Source of the DNA: Bacillota bacterium | Lineage (GTDB): Bacteria; Bacillota_I; Bacilli_A; Erysipelotrichales; Erysipelotrichaceae | Assembly: GCA_030526175.1 (NCBI GenBank) | Contig: JAUNDJ010000001.1 | Coordinates: 33,365-97,364 of the forward strand | Direction: 5' to 3' | Length of the DNA stretch: 64,000 nt | Shown: positions 1 through 10,708 of the stretch, piece by piece | How the letters are laid out: the number at the start of each line of letters is the position of its first letter | How positions within the stretch are numbered: position 1 is the first letter of the stretch | The notes under the pieces: generated by a model | What the model saw: the letters and a program-made list of their open reading frames with translations, nothing else | What the model was told of the DNA's origin: nothing | Database searches by the model: none | Made by a program: the position numbers and the translations under genes

Positions 1-573
1 GTGTATAAAGATGGATTTACTGGACAAATAGTTTTAGGAGATCAATAGCAGATCTTTACTCTTTTGCCAGAATATTATTCTTTTACTTCGTACGATATTA
101 CTCTTGCCGATAGTGCTGAAATAATCAAAGAACAAGAATTGATTAAACAGTTGGCTATTCAGTTAGCGGGATCTTCTCAGATTGATCCTGAGATATTACT
201 TATAGTTTCTACCTCTAAGAGTCTTACAGAGATGAAACAATTGGTTAGAAAATCTATTCAAGAAAAGAAATTGGAAAACAATCAATTACAACAACTTACT
301 CAGCAATTGCAAGAAGCTCAGAAAAATATGCAGCAAATGCAAAAGCAGTTAGAAGAAAGCACTCGTAAGATTGCTCAGCTTAACGAGAAGAAACTTAATA
401 TCGAACAACAAAATAATCAAATGGATCAAGAACTTGGCTACTTTAAGATTCAAACTGAAAAAGAACTTAAAGAGAAAGAGTTGGATCTTATTAAAGAAAG
501 AAATAAATTGGAAGCTGCGCAACTTCTTGACAGTAATCCGCTTAACGATGAAATAAAAGATAATAAATTCTAA
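1..573 (+). CDS. Portal protein, C-terminal part (5'-truncated; TAG read-through at 46-48)
   Basis: Frame 1 is open from base 1 (VYKDGFTGQIVLGDQ*QIFTLLPEYYSFTSYDI) apart from one TAG. It resembles the crAss-like portal C-terminus, followed by a Gln/Glu/Lys coiled coil, and ends in TAA. Confidence 0.75.
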
Positions 574-578
574 AAAGT

Positions 579-1370
579 ATGAATCCAACTATTTATATTG
601 ATTTATTTAGAGTTTCTGCAGATGGTAAATTCTTAGAAGCTGTTTTCGATTGTCCTTATGGATATCAATTTACTAAATTTTTAGTAACTGCTAATTATCG
701 TGCTGCAAACGCCTCTGGATCCATGGTTCAGAATGAAGAAGTCTTTGACATCGGTGATGGAATTTTTAATGAACTTGATGAAGTTAAAAATGACGGAACT
801 TATAGTTACAGACTTTCTAGAAAAACTCATTGGGTTGTTCGAATTCCGATTGAAGAGGAACTTGACATTCATGTACCTGCAATTTACACCGGCGTGCTAA
901 GTGCACAGCAAGTAAAGAGAATTTCTCCTCATCACATTTAGGAAGAAGAAGATCATGTTGATGATTGGAATCCTAGAGTGATTGGTGAAGAAGATTTGGT
1001 ACACGAAATTATGCACGAAGTTGCAGGACCTGCAAACTTACCAGATGCTACTGCAATATGTTCAGATGTAAGCAATGTTTACAACAACATATTGGATGAA
1101 GTTATTAACTCTACTGGAGTTTGTGATAAGGTTTCAGATCAGGCAATTAGAAATTATCTGATTCTATTTGCACATCAGGAAGCACTACGATTGGGACATA
1201 AAGAAGATGCTATTCTATATTTTAACATGATTAATAACAACTTTAATAGATGTGGCACTTTCGCTAGACAAGGTTCTGGTCCAAAATGTGGATGTCAGAG
1301 TAACGCTGGTGCATCTGTAAGTCGCCCATCTGTTTCATCTCGAGGCGCATCCTGCGGATGTGGAAAGTAA
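579..1370 (+). CDS. Hypothetical virion-associated protein with Cys-rich C-terminus (263 aa, 1 TAG)
   Basis: ORFs 579-941 and 978-1370 are in the same frame, separated only by TAG 939-941. Ends ...SCGCGK-TAA. Confidence 0.7.
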
Positions 1371-2089
1371 TGATTGATGTAGAGAACACTCTTTATAGTA
1401 CTATTCAGGAAAGAGTCGACAGGATGAGATTTCTTGCCGACTCTGCTCCTGAAGCTTTTAAGAAGATCATGTATGTGGTTATTCTTAAAGATTTACAAGA
1501 ATGGGCTAAATATAGAGGAGAAGAATGTACTGCAAAACAATTACAATAGAAAATTGATGAGTACATTTTGAGAAATCCAGAGTTTAATATTCAGCGTATT
1601 ATAAACACTAAGGATTATGTAAACGTAAATACTCCACAAACATTGTCTACGTGGAGACGAGTTTGGGACGATCCTAATGTTATTTATAATCGTTACTCTG
1701 AGAAAAATATTTTGCCCGAAAGTTACGCATATACTCCGGACCCAACATGTTCACCTAAGTTTGTATACTTTAATGGAGTTAACGAATATGGAGAGCCTGA
1801 TGTCGATAGGGGTAAATTATCAGTATGTGAGAAAATGAATATTTATATTGATCGAGAAACTGGAACCATGTGGTATATTCAGGAGGATGGAAACTGGAGT
1901 ACTATTAAAGGTGATTCTGTTCCTGAAGTAGAATGGGATAACATCAAAAATGCTCCTACAATCTATTCTGGAATTAAGCACAATCTTACAGAGCATAATA
2001 CTGTAAAAGTAGAATTGCTAGAAGATGGCGAACCATCTAACGAAGATATTGATTTGTTTGACGCTAAAAACGTGGAGGAATTGCTATGA
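1370..2089 (+). CDS. Hypothetical structural protein (1 TAG)
   Basis: ATG overlaps the upstream TAA (TAATG). Fragments 1358-1549 and 1568-2089 are in frame across TAG 1547-1549. Ends TGA. Confidence 0.7.
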
Positions 2090-3081
2090 TGGATGACTCT
2101 TTAATTACTAAATCGGTATTAAAAGCTTTCGGTGATAGAAGTAAGCTTTTATTTTGTTTTGCTAGCGCTTTGAATGAATCAAACGAATCTGCAAAATATG
2201 TTAATATTATCACATCAATTCCTTACGCTACTGATTGGAATATCAGTTTGAATGTATCCGGATTAACAGTTTTAAATAAATTTATTTCTTTCGCGTTTGA
2301 AGGAAATTGTGATCAAGTTATTCAGGGTAAAGGATTCAATGCTGCTGACGGAAAGATTCGAGCATTAATTATATATAAGGATGAGAATGGAAATTTATCA
2401 CTTCTCTTAGAAGTTGAATCTGATTTTGTACATCAAATTAATGCTTTTGTATCAAATTTAGAGAATAAAAGTGTAAACTGTATTACTACTATTAATATTC
2501 TTGAAGAACGTCCTTATATCTCTCAGTATGCAGCATTTGGATTTGATATTATTCAAGGTGAACTTCCTGCGGGACAAATAATTAGTCCAGACTCTATTCA
2601 ATATTTTGCTTTGCAAATTGATGAACAAAGAAAGATTTGGTATAGTTCTCTCCCTGATGATAACAAAGTATTTGATACCATTTATAAAGCAAATAAAGCT
2701 AATAAATTGGATCATCCAATCACTTTAAAAGTTTCTGGTACAGGCCACACTCTTGCTGAAGTTTAGACTGATTTGTCTAATTCAGAAATAGATCTTCCGG
2801 TAAATGTCAGAGTAATTGCTCCTTCAAGCGAATACGAAGAAGGAAAGAACTACTACGGATTTCAGATTGAAGATGGAATGCTTTGTAGATTTGATCCTCG
2901 TAAGCCTGAGGCAGAGCCTGCAACATCCACTTCTTATGGAACAGTTCGTTTAGGTGGTGCAATGGATAAGAAACTTAATTATTATCCAGTTACTTTGATG
3001 GATGGAGATCTCTATGTTTATGTACCAGCTGGAACTTCTGTTGAGAGTATTCCAGACACATTTATTGAATCACTTAATTAA
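2086..3081 (+). CDS. Putative fibre-associated structural protein (1 TAG)
   Basis: Fragments 2086-2766 and 2773-3081 are in frame across TAG 2764-2766. Contains a fibre-type PATSTSYGTVRLG motif. Confidence 0.65.
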
Positions 3082-3089
3082 GAATACTT

Positions 3090-3923
3090 ATGGCAAAGTT
3101 TTTAGATCAAACAGGTCTTGTTACACTCTGGAATAAAATTAAAGAAACTTTTACATCTAAGGATGAGTTTGCAACATATAAAACATTTGTTGCAGATAAT
3201 TATATGAAGAATCCTGTTGGCTCTGGTGCAAAAGGACAAGTTTTAACATTAAATTCTAATTCTACATATTCATGGAAAACTCCTGCTTCTAGTAGATCTG
3301 ATTATAAAGATGGTGGATATTTTCCTGAACGAGATGTTGTATCTGATATTAGATTCTGCGATGTAGATTGTGAAACATATTCTGTACTTTTACTCATTAA
3401 TTATAATAATGTTGATTAGTTTAAATGGAATATCTTATCTAAAAATACCAAAGATTGGATTGCACATTTCGAGCAAATGAAAGTTACTAATAATCCAGAT
3501 TCTAAATTAGGAACTTTAGAATTTAAAGTAGGATTTTTTCAAAGTAATGAAGATATTGAAAAATCTTTATTTACAACAGCTAATGAAAGTTTTGTAGAAC
3601 TAAAGTTTCCAATCTTAGGACGTGATCCAATTCCATATCCAGCAGGTGTATATAAAGTGTCCCCAAAGTCTACTTTAACTTTTCACAACGAAAATACCGG
3701 GATGAAAATTAGATTCGACAATTGTTTTGGAGAATGCTTTATACAATCTCACGTGTAGAATTTAGGTGTAGCGTTCACTTTGACTTTTAGTTTGCATTTT
3801 ATTTCAAATGAAGAAACTAAGGCATTAATAGACTTTTTAGATTGTGGGGATGATATATTGAAAGTGAATTTTTATACAGATAAAGATTCATTACAATTAA
3901 AATCACTTATCTATCAAAATTAA
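3090..3923 (+). CDS. Putative fibre/decoration protein (2 TAGs)
   Basis: The N-terminus MAKFLDQTGLVTLWNKIK is typical of phage fibre anchors. Reads through TAG 3417-3419 and 3756-3758 to TAA 3921-3923. Confidence 0.65.
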
Positions 3924-3930
3924 TATTAAA

Positions 3931-3966
3931 CTCTGGTATATTTTTAAGTTCAAAAGTATATCAGAG
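3931..3966 (+). terminator. Intergenic stem-loop (possible terminator or RNA-processing hairpin)
   Basis: ctctggtatatttt...aaaagtatatcagag imperfect inverted repeat (G-U pairs) directly after the stop at 3923. No strong U-tract. Confidence 0.4.
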
Positions 3967-4056
3967 CTTAATTGTGTTCATATGGATAAATTGCGCATGT
4001 GTTTTTATTTACAATAATTTATGGTAACTTAGCTTACTAATTAATACTTTAATATT

Positions 4057-5526
4057 ATGCATAAGAAAAATTTTAATCGATGTCCACCTAAGCCATGCGG
4101 ATGTGAACACAAAGATCCTTGTGAATGTCACCATCATGACTGTGAATGCCCAGACCCAAAACCAGTATGTGGCGGACCTAACAACGTCTTTCCTGTAAAT
4201 TATCACGTAATCGATGATATTTGCGAGTTGAAGGAAGTGCTCTCTGAAGTATTCATTAAGTTTGATGGAGATCCTGCATATTATGGCAAAGAGCAGTATA
4301 GCTTATTGCTTCGCAGTATCGCAAAATCATTACTTTATCTTTATAAAAGAGATCATCGTTCTTTGCGTTTTGACATTGTTAAAGAATTGCCAGAAATTGG
4401 TGAGATTGGTACAGTATACTTGATTGAAAAACCTGAAGATGAACAAGAAGAAGGTAATAAGTATACTGAATATTTATACTTAGGATGCAAGGGTTATGAA
4501 CTCCTCGGCGGTGAAGGCGGTGAAGGCGGTGGATCAGTTGATCCTTATGAATTCCCAGGTATTGTTTCTGACTCCGAAGATTATCTCCTTGTAGAAGAAG
4601 ATGAAGATGGAGTTTGGCACTTGTCACTTTCTGACGAAGCTATTGCATTACTTAAACAGATTCCTGGAATCGTTGAACAACTTAGCGCTTTAGATTCTAA
4701 AATTGATGCTGAAAAAGAGCGTGCAATTGGAGTCGAAGGTGAAATTGCTGAGAAAGCATCTGAAGCATATCGAATTGCAACCGAGGCTAAAGATGAAGCT
4801 GAATCTGCTAATCAAAAGGCTGCTGAAGCATTTGAAACAGCTCAAGCTGCTCAAACAGCCGCTAATCAAGCTATCGCAGATGCAGCCGCAGCTCAAGCTG
4901 ATGCTACTAAAGCAATTACCGATGCAAGTAATGCACAAGCTACTGCAGATGATGCTATTTCAAAAATCGAAGTAGTTGATAGTAATCTTACTGAAGTAAA
5001 AGGTGCTCTCGATGCTGCCGCTGCTCACATCGCTAACGATGATATTCACGTAGCTGAAGGTGAAAAAGCTGCTTGGAACGCTAAGCTCGATGCTGTTGCT
5101 GATGCAACAGAGGGCAATTTCGCTTCTCTTGATGCTGATGGTAAGCTCGCTGATTCTGGCGTAAATGCAGGATCTTTCGATGAAGCTGGTACTGCTGCAG
5201 CTGTTCAGACTGCTCTTGTAGATGACGCTTCTGAAGAAGGCGATACTCTTGGTAAACTTGAGGATCGTATCGAACTTCTCGAAGCTAAAGAATATCTTGT
5301 AGGTGATAACACCACTATCGAAGTTTCTGATGGCGAAATCTCTGCTAAACTTGCTACTGTTGCTCCTGAGACATTCACTGAGCACACTGATCCGGAGCTT
5401 AGCCAGACTGGTGCACTTGTAAATGATCTCGTACTTAAAGCATACGTAGAAAACTATGTAGGCTATCGTCTCGACTGGGAAGAACTTAACGCTCCTGCTG
5501 AATCAGAAGAGCCCTCAGTTGACTAA
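4057..5526 (+). CDS. Fibre-like virion protein with Cys/His-rich N-terminus and coiled coil (489 aa)
   Basis: Long TAG-free ORF. Contains a YTEYLY..GYELLG fibre module, an Ala-rich coiled coil, and HIANDDIHV and GKLADSG fibre motifs. Confidence 0.7.
   Translation: MHKKNFNRCPPKPCGCEHKDPCECHHHDCECPDPKPVCGGPNNVFPVNYHVIDDICELKEVLSEVFIKFDGDPAYYGKEQYSLLLRSIAKSLLYLYKRDHRSLRFDIVKELPEIGEIGTVYLIEKPEDEQEEGNKYTEYLYLGCKGYELLGGEGGEGGGSVDPYEFPGIVSDSEDYLLVEEDEDGVWHLSLSDEAIALLKQIPGIVEQLSALDSKIDAEKERAIGVEGEIAEKASEAYRIATEAKDEAESANQKAAEAFETAQAAQTAANQAIADAAAAQADATKAITDASNAQATADDAISKIEVVDSNLTEVKGALDAAAAHIANDDIHVAEGEKAAWNAKLDAVADATEGNFASLDADGKLADSGVNAGSFDEAGTAAAVQTALVDDASEEGDTLGKLEDRIELLEAKEYLVGDNTTIEVSDGEISAKLATVAPETFTEHTDPELSQTGALVNDLVLKAYVENYVGYRLDWEELNAPAESEEPSVD
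4507..4530 (+). repeat. 9-bp tandem repeat (ggcggtgaa) encoding a GGEGGEGG linker
   Basis: ggcggtgaa-ggcggtgaa-ggcggt seen directly. Confidence 0.8.
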
Positions 5527-5565
5527 TTACTAAATTTAACATTTTATAAATATATTTTTTGATTT

Positions 5566-7212
5566 ATGACATTTAAAAATTTTACAGGCCTTGTTTCCGC
5601 ACAGGGCGCATGGAGCGCAGTAAGCGCTAAAGCTGTAGCTGGTGCATTAGTATTTGCTACCGTAACCAGTGGTTACGAAAAGGTTGAGGGTTCTGAACAG
5701 GTAGAATATCCTCTTTACATGGTATGGGCTCACAACCAGTGGCTCCGTATGCCTGATGCAACTGCATTCTATACTCTTAAGAAGCAAGTTGAGAATCACG
5801 AAACACGTATTGCAGCTCTCGAAGAAGCTAAGGCTAACTTCACTGTAACTGATGGTAAGGCTATTGATCTTACTTATGAGAATGGTGTTCTCACTGCTGA
5901 GGCTAAGATCTCTGCTAAAGCAGGCAACGGTGTATCCCTCGAAAATGATGGTCTCTTTGTAGACGTTAAGTCTCTTCAGGACGCAATCGCTGCTGAGCAA
6001 GAACGTGCTGAAGGTGCTGAAGGTGATCTCCAGGATGCAATTGATGCTGAAGAGGAACGTGCAACAGGTGTTGAAGAAGGTCTTGATGCAAGAATTAAAG
6101 AGCTTGAAGACGAAGCTCGTATTTCTATCGCTGATAATGAAAAGGTTCTTTCTCTTAGCGATGCAAAGAAACTTTCTACCACTCTTGGCTTAAACTACGA
6201 TGAGACAAGTAAGAAAATTCAGTTGACCGGTAAGGAAAATGCTGTTATTGCTGACATCGATGCTACTGCATTCATCAAGGACGGTATGCTCAATTCTGCT
6301 GAGCTCGTTGTTGATCCAGAAGGTCAGGCAGCTGGTGCTTATATTAAGCTTACTTTCAATACCGACGCTGGTAAAGATCCTATCTTCGTTAATGTATCTT
6401 CTTTCATCGACACTTACACTTCTGGTGATGAAAACCTTTTGAAAGTTGAGAATTATGTAATCACTCCTCAAACCAGTACTATCAAATCTCAGGGTTCTGG
6501 TCTTGTTGTAGCAAGCGATGCATATAGTTACATTAAGCAAGAAGTTGGTAATGAAACTACTCGTGCTACTGGTGTAGAAAAAGGTCTTGAAGATCGCATT
6601 GAAGCTCTCGAAGCTCTCGAAGTTACCGCTGAGGGTGATGGTGAACTCATCGATGCTTCTGCAGATGGTTATAATGTAACTGTTGGTGCTACTAAAAAGC
6701 TCTCTGATGCAGTTGCTAAGGTTGAAAGCTTAGAAGTTTCTGCTGAAGATGGTGTTACTCTTGGCGACGTAACTTATAAATACACTCATCCTACAGCTAC
6801 TCAGGCTGATGCTGCAGCTGTTAAAGTAGGCCGTGATGAATTTGGTCACGTAATTCTCGGTGATGCTCTTGCTGCTGGTGACATCAGTTTCGAAGATTCA
6901 GGCAAGCATGATGTATTTTACAATGCTGATGATGTTAATAAAGCACTTAATGCTCTTGCAAATGCTATCGAATTAGTTGATCAGTCTGAAACTACTCTTG
7001 TAAAGAAGAATGACGACAAGTACATTTCTCTTGACGATGCTGCTGCTGAAGGTTCTAACGACCACGCTTATTCCATCGGCCTCGTTGTAGCTACCGAACC
7101 TACTCTTAAGGACGGTCTTACCTCTTCCAAACCTACCGCTACCGGTCTTGCTTCTGACAAGTATGTTGATGATTCTATCACCAACGCTCTTGCTTGGGAC
7201 GTTATTGCTTAA
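5566..7212 (+). CDS. Head/tail fibre-like virion protein (548 aa)
   Basis: E-x-x-RA-x-G-x-E coiled-coil repeats, IDATAFIKDGML and YTHPT...DEFGHV fibre motifs, strong codon bias, no TAG. Confidence 0.7.
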   Translation: MTFKNFTGLVSAQGAWSAVSAKAVAGALVFATVTSGYEKVEGSEQVEYPLYMVWAHNQWLRMPDATAFYTLKKQVENHETRIAALEEAKANFTVTDGKAIDLTYENGVLTAEAKISAKAGNGVSLENDGLFVDVKSLQDAIAAEQERAEGAEGDLQDAIDAEEERATGVEEGLDARIKELEDEARISIADNEKVLSLSDAKKLSTTLGLNYDETSKKIQLTGKENAVIADIDATAFIKDGMLNSAELVVDPEGQAAGAYIKLTFNTDAGKDPIFVNVSSFIDTYTSGDENLLKVENYVITPQTSTIKSQGSGLVVASDAYSYIKQEVGNETTRATGVEKGLEDRIEALEALEVTAEGDGELIDASADGYNVTVGATKKLSDAVAKVESLEVSAEDGVTLGDVTYKYTHPTATQADAAAVKVGRDEFGHVILGDALAAGDISFEDSGKHDVFYNADDVNKALNALANAIELVDQSETTLVKKNDDKYISLDDAAAEGSNDHAYSIGLVVATEPTLKDGLTSSKPTATGLASDKYVDDSITNALAWDVIA

Positions 7213-7233
7213 TTAAGCTAATATAAAAATTTG

Positions 7234-7269
7234 TATTCCCCGGGAATATTCTTCCTGGGGAATATTTTT
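7234..7269 (+). terminator. Rho-independent terminator
   Basis: tattccccgggaa/ttcctggggaata stem followed by TTTTT. Confidence 0.8.
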
Positions 7270-7292
7270 AATATCGCATATTTTTATTAAGT

Positions 7293-7715
7293 ATGGTTAC
7301 ATTTAATTACGGAAGTCTTAGTGCATATAAATCACTCGCAACTAAAGATCCAAATGCGTTATATGTTCTCGATAATCATCAACTGTACAAAGGTGAATTA
7401 TTAATCAGTTCTGTTCGAACAGTTGTGAAAGATTCGGATCTTCCAGCCGTTCCAACTGATGACATGAGAGAATGCTATTTTATTTCACTGGAATCAGGTA
7501 AAATAAAATATGTAACATATGACAAACAGTATGTGGATGTTTCTCAATTGATGATTGAGGAAATTGTACTATCTAATGCTTTCATTCAGAAATTAATTAC
7601 AGAAATTAATAAATCTTCAGATGAAATTACAATGCCTACCATGGAAGTAAATGATACAACTCTCATATTGACTGCTAGCAATGTAAATTCATTTAACGCA
7701 TTTAAAATTGACTAA
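7293..7715 (+). CDS. Small fibre-associated protein (140 aa)
   Basis: The N-terminal YKSLATKDPNALY motif is typical of phage fibre adaptor modules. Confidence 0.6.
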   Translation: MVTFNYGSLSAYKSLATKDPNALYVLDNHQLYKGELLISSVRTVVKDSDLPAVPTDDMRECYFISLESGKIKYVTYDKQYVDVSQLMIEEIVLSNAFIQKLITEINKSSDEITMPTMEVNDTTLILTASNVNSFNAFKID

Positions 7716-7720
7716 ATATT

Positions 7721-9643
7721 ATGGCAAATACTCCTTATTTAACTCATGTCACCGTCGGTACTACCACGTATAAGATCGGTCTGGATAATGCTATGCATTT
7801 TGTTGGTGTCACAACTACTCAGCTTCACGATCAAGATACTGCTAATCCTATTACCATTGCCGGTGAATCTTATACTGCTGTAAATGGTGATATGGTGGTA
7901 TACGGAACTCAGGAATTTGTGTTCAATGGCACAACTTCAAAGTGGGAGCTCATGGGTTCTACCAAGCAGACTACCGGTACTATCACTACTTCTGTTTCTA
8001 CCGGTAATGTATCCGTTGGTACCAGTGTAACTCCAGGTTCTATTCCAGTTGTTACTTCAGTTTCTCGTGCTGGTGCTGGAACTGCTATTGCAAGTTCTCA
8101 GACTCTTGCTGCTTCTGACATCACTGTTATTACTGCAGCTCTTGGTTCTAGCTCTGCACACAGTGTTTCCACCGCTTCTATTAACGTTGTTACTTCTGCT
8201 CCTGCTGATGTAATCACAAGTGTTACTCCTTCAACTGGAAATGTAGCATATCCTACTAGCTTAGGCACTTCAAATACTACTGTTGCAACCAGTCGTTCTA
8301 CTAAATCAGTAGTAACCTCTGTTACTTTCTCTGACGTAAACGTTCCTACTAGCGCTACAGTTGGCGGATCAGTAACTCTTAATAATGGTTCTAAATCAGT
8401 AACTCTTACTACTGGCAGCAGATCTGCTACTGTTTCTGGTGGCAGCGTAGCTCTTAACAATGGAAGTAAATCTGTAACAATCGGTGGTTCTGTTACTCTT
8501 AACAATGGTTCCGCTACTGTTACTCTTAGCAATGGCAGCAAGAATGCTACCGTAAGTGGCGGCGGCTGCACAGCTAATACTTCTGATCACGCTCATACAT
8601 TGAACAATGGTACAGTAACTGCAACAAGATCTACTGATGTTGGAGTAACTCTTAAAAACGGTAGTAAATCTGGCACAGTATCATCTGTTGGTACTAGTGT
8701 TACTGTACTAACTGGTACTGTTACTGCTTTGCAATCAGTTGGTAGCTACGCTAAGCAGAATCTTACTCTTAATACTGCTACTAAATCAGGTGGTAAAAAT
8801 GTGGAATATGCATCTGTTGCTGGCACTACTCTTAATCTCCCAGGTTGGTTGAATTTGACTGATGGCTCAGTAAGTTTCCCAAGCTACACCGTAAATGTTC
8901 CTACTAACGTTATTCTTAATACTGGTAATAAGTCTGTTTCTATTTCTGTACCTACTGGAGTTACTCTTACACAGCCTGTATTTACTGTTTCTGTTCCTAC
9001 AGGTATGTCTACTGTTAATGTTGTTACTGGTGTAACTCATACCAATCCAACTGTTTCTTTGTCTGTTCCTACTTCAGCTACAGTAAGCGTTCCTACTTCT
9101 ACAACAAATAGTGTAACAGGTTCTGTATCAGTTCCTACTTCAGCTACTCTTACCGCTCCAACCGTTAGTGTTGCTGTTCCTACAGCTGCATCTATTAGCG
9201 TTGCTACTTCAGCTACAAATGGTGTTACTGTTACTCTTAACAATGAGACTAAGTCTCTTGCTACAAGTTCTGCAGGTGGTAACATGGTTAGTGCTGTTGG
9301 TACTGGTACTATTGCACTTCCTACAGGTGTTAATACATCTAATCAGACTGTTGTTACTAAAGTTGAATATGTAGCAGATAAGATCTACACTGGTGATATT
9401 AACTATGTAAGTGGTCTTGCTTCACGAACAGTTATTACTTCCGTACCTACCGGCACCAAAGGTGTTGTTACTGGTTGGGGTACTGCTCAGACTGTTAAGG
9501 TTTGCAGCAATATTACTGTTAATACTGCTAACGTTCTTAACTCTGTAACTCTCAACAAGGGTAATGTTGCTCATGTAACCGGTACCGCTACTGGTTCTGT
9601 TGTAACTGCTGTTACAACTGATTCAGACGGTGCTCTTGGTTAA
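7721..9643 (+). CDS. Thr/Ser/Val-rich beta-structured fibre or needle protein (640 aa)
   Basis: N-terminal anchor (MHFVGVTTT...EFVFNG..KWELMG), then LxNG and VPT repeats and one HxH (DHAHT) motif. Confidence 0.75.
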   Translation: MANTPYLTHVTVGTTTYKIGLDNAMHFVGVTTTQLHDQDTANPITIAGESYTAVNGDMVVYGTQEFVFNGTTSKWELMGSTKQTTGTITTSVSTGNVSVGTSVTPGSIPVVTSVSRAGAGTAIASSQTLAASDITVITAALGSSSAHSVSTASINVVTSAPADVITSVTPSTGNVAYPTSLGTSNTTVATSRSTKSVVTSVTFSDVNVPTSATVGGSVTLNNGSKSVTLTTGSRSATVSGGSVALNNGSKSVTIGGSVTLNNGSATVTLSNGSKNATVSGGGCTANTSDHAHTLNNGTVTATRSTDVGVTLKNGSKSGTVSSVGTSVTVLTGTVTALQSVGSYAKQNLTLNTATKSGGKNVEYASVAGTTLNLPGWLNLTDGSVSFPSYTVNVPTNVILNTGNKSVSISVPTGVTLTQPVFTVSVPTGMSTVNVVTGVTHTNPTVSLSVPTSATVSVPTSTTNSVTGSVSVPTSATLTAPTVSVAVPTAASISVATSATNGVTVTLNNETKSLATSSAGGNMVSAVGTGTIALPTGVNTSNQTVVTKVEYVADKIYTGDINYVSGLASRTVITSVPTGTKGVVTGWGTAQTVKVCSNITVNTANVLNSVTLNKGNVAHVTGTATGSVVTAVTTDSDGALG

Positions 9644-9654
9644 TTTAAATAATT

Positions 9655-9687
9655 AATACACGGGGTCTTCGGGCCTCGTGTATTTTT
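9655..9687 (+). terminator. Rho-independent terminator (UUCG loop)
   Basis: aatacacggggtc-ttcg-ggcctcgtgtatt plus a T-run. Confidence 0.8.
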
Positions 9688-9700
9688 AAAATTTTTGCTC

Positions 9701-10702
9701 ATGTTTTATAGTATTATTGTCCCATGTTATAATTGCGATGAAACTATCGCACCACTTCTTGACTCTGTCATCAATCAAGAAGTAGATTTAAATGATATAG
9801 AAATCATTTTAGTAGATGACACTATTGATCATTCTTTTAGATCTGTGGTAGAGCCTCAATACACAAATGCTCTAAATATTAAATTTGTTGGCACAGATCT
9901 TCGTAAACACAATCCGGGCAATTCCCGCAATTATGGAATTGACGCTGCTACTGGAGACTGGTTGGTCTTCATTGATTGTGATGATACTTTACGCCCTAAT
10001 GCTTTATCTGAATTTTCTAAAACAATTAAAGAACATCCAGAAGCCAAATGTATTTTTGGTAAAGTAAAGCAATTCCACCCAGATGGTACTGAATATACAG
10101 ATGCTGAGGATTATCAGTCTGTAAGTGTTATTTGGATGCACGGAAAATGTTATAAAAGAGAATTTATCGAAAAGTATAAGATTCGCTTTAAAGATTCAAT
10201 GTTTACTTGTGAAGATTACTACTTTAATTACCAAGTTCAAGCATATTTATTAAGCGAAGATTCTGCTTTCACATTCATAGATACATTCGTTTACAATTGG
10301 TTATATAATCCAAAATCACTATCACATAGTGTACCATATGTTTACGAAATGAAAATGCACTTTAATGACTATCTTGAGGCTTCCATTCTTCCTTGGACTA
10401 AACCTACGGAAGGAAACCTTCAACCAGTGTTCGAACAATATATTTATTACTTACTTATTGGATATTTCCTTTATCAATATTATATTAGCAAAGGAATTTA
10501 TTTTGATAAATGGGTATTCAGACAGTCATTAGCTGAAGCGTATGAACGATTCGGATTGACTGTATTTGATTTTATAAATCAAATCGAACACAATGTAGAT
10601 AGTTATTATGGATTGTATAAAGTGGTAATTGAGGGATTCTGCAACGAACCATTTGTTCCACCTTATTCACCGAGAACGTTCTTTTCAGAACTATTTAAAT
10701 AA
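9701..10702 (+). CDS. Glycosyltransferase family 2 (GT-A fold)
   Basis: Motifs SIIVPCYN, IILVDD, GNSRNYG, ATGDWLVFIDCDD (DxD) and CEDYYFN. Confidence 0.9.
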   Translation: MFYSIIVPCYNCDETIAPLLDSVINQEVDLNDIEIILVDDTIDHSFRSVVEPQYTNALNIKFVGTDLRKHNPGNSRNYGIDAATGDWLVFIDCDDTLRPNALSEFSKTIKEHPEAKCIFGKVKQFHPDGTEYTDAEDYQSVSVIWMHGKCYKREFIEKYKIRFKDSMFTCEDYYFNYQVQAYLLSEDSAFTFIDTFVYNWLYNPKSLSHSVPYVYEMKMHFNDYLEASILPWTKPTEGNLQPVFEQYIYYLLIGYFLYQYYISKGIYFDKWVFRQSLAEAYERFGLTVFDFINQIEHNVDSYYGLYKVVIEGFCNEPFVPPYSPRTFFSELFK

Positions 10703-10708
10703 TGTTAT

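Noticed and set aside
8340-9250. Repeats as a CRISPR array or DGR template/variable repeat
   Set aside because: They are degenerate, in frame and protein-level. There is no constant repeat-spacer pattern, no adenine-specific mismatch pair and no reverse transcriptase in the window.
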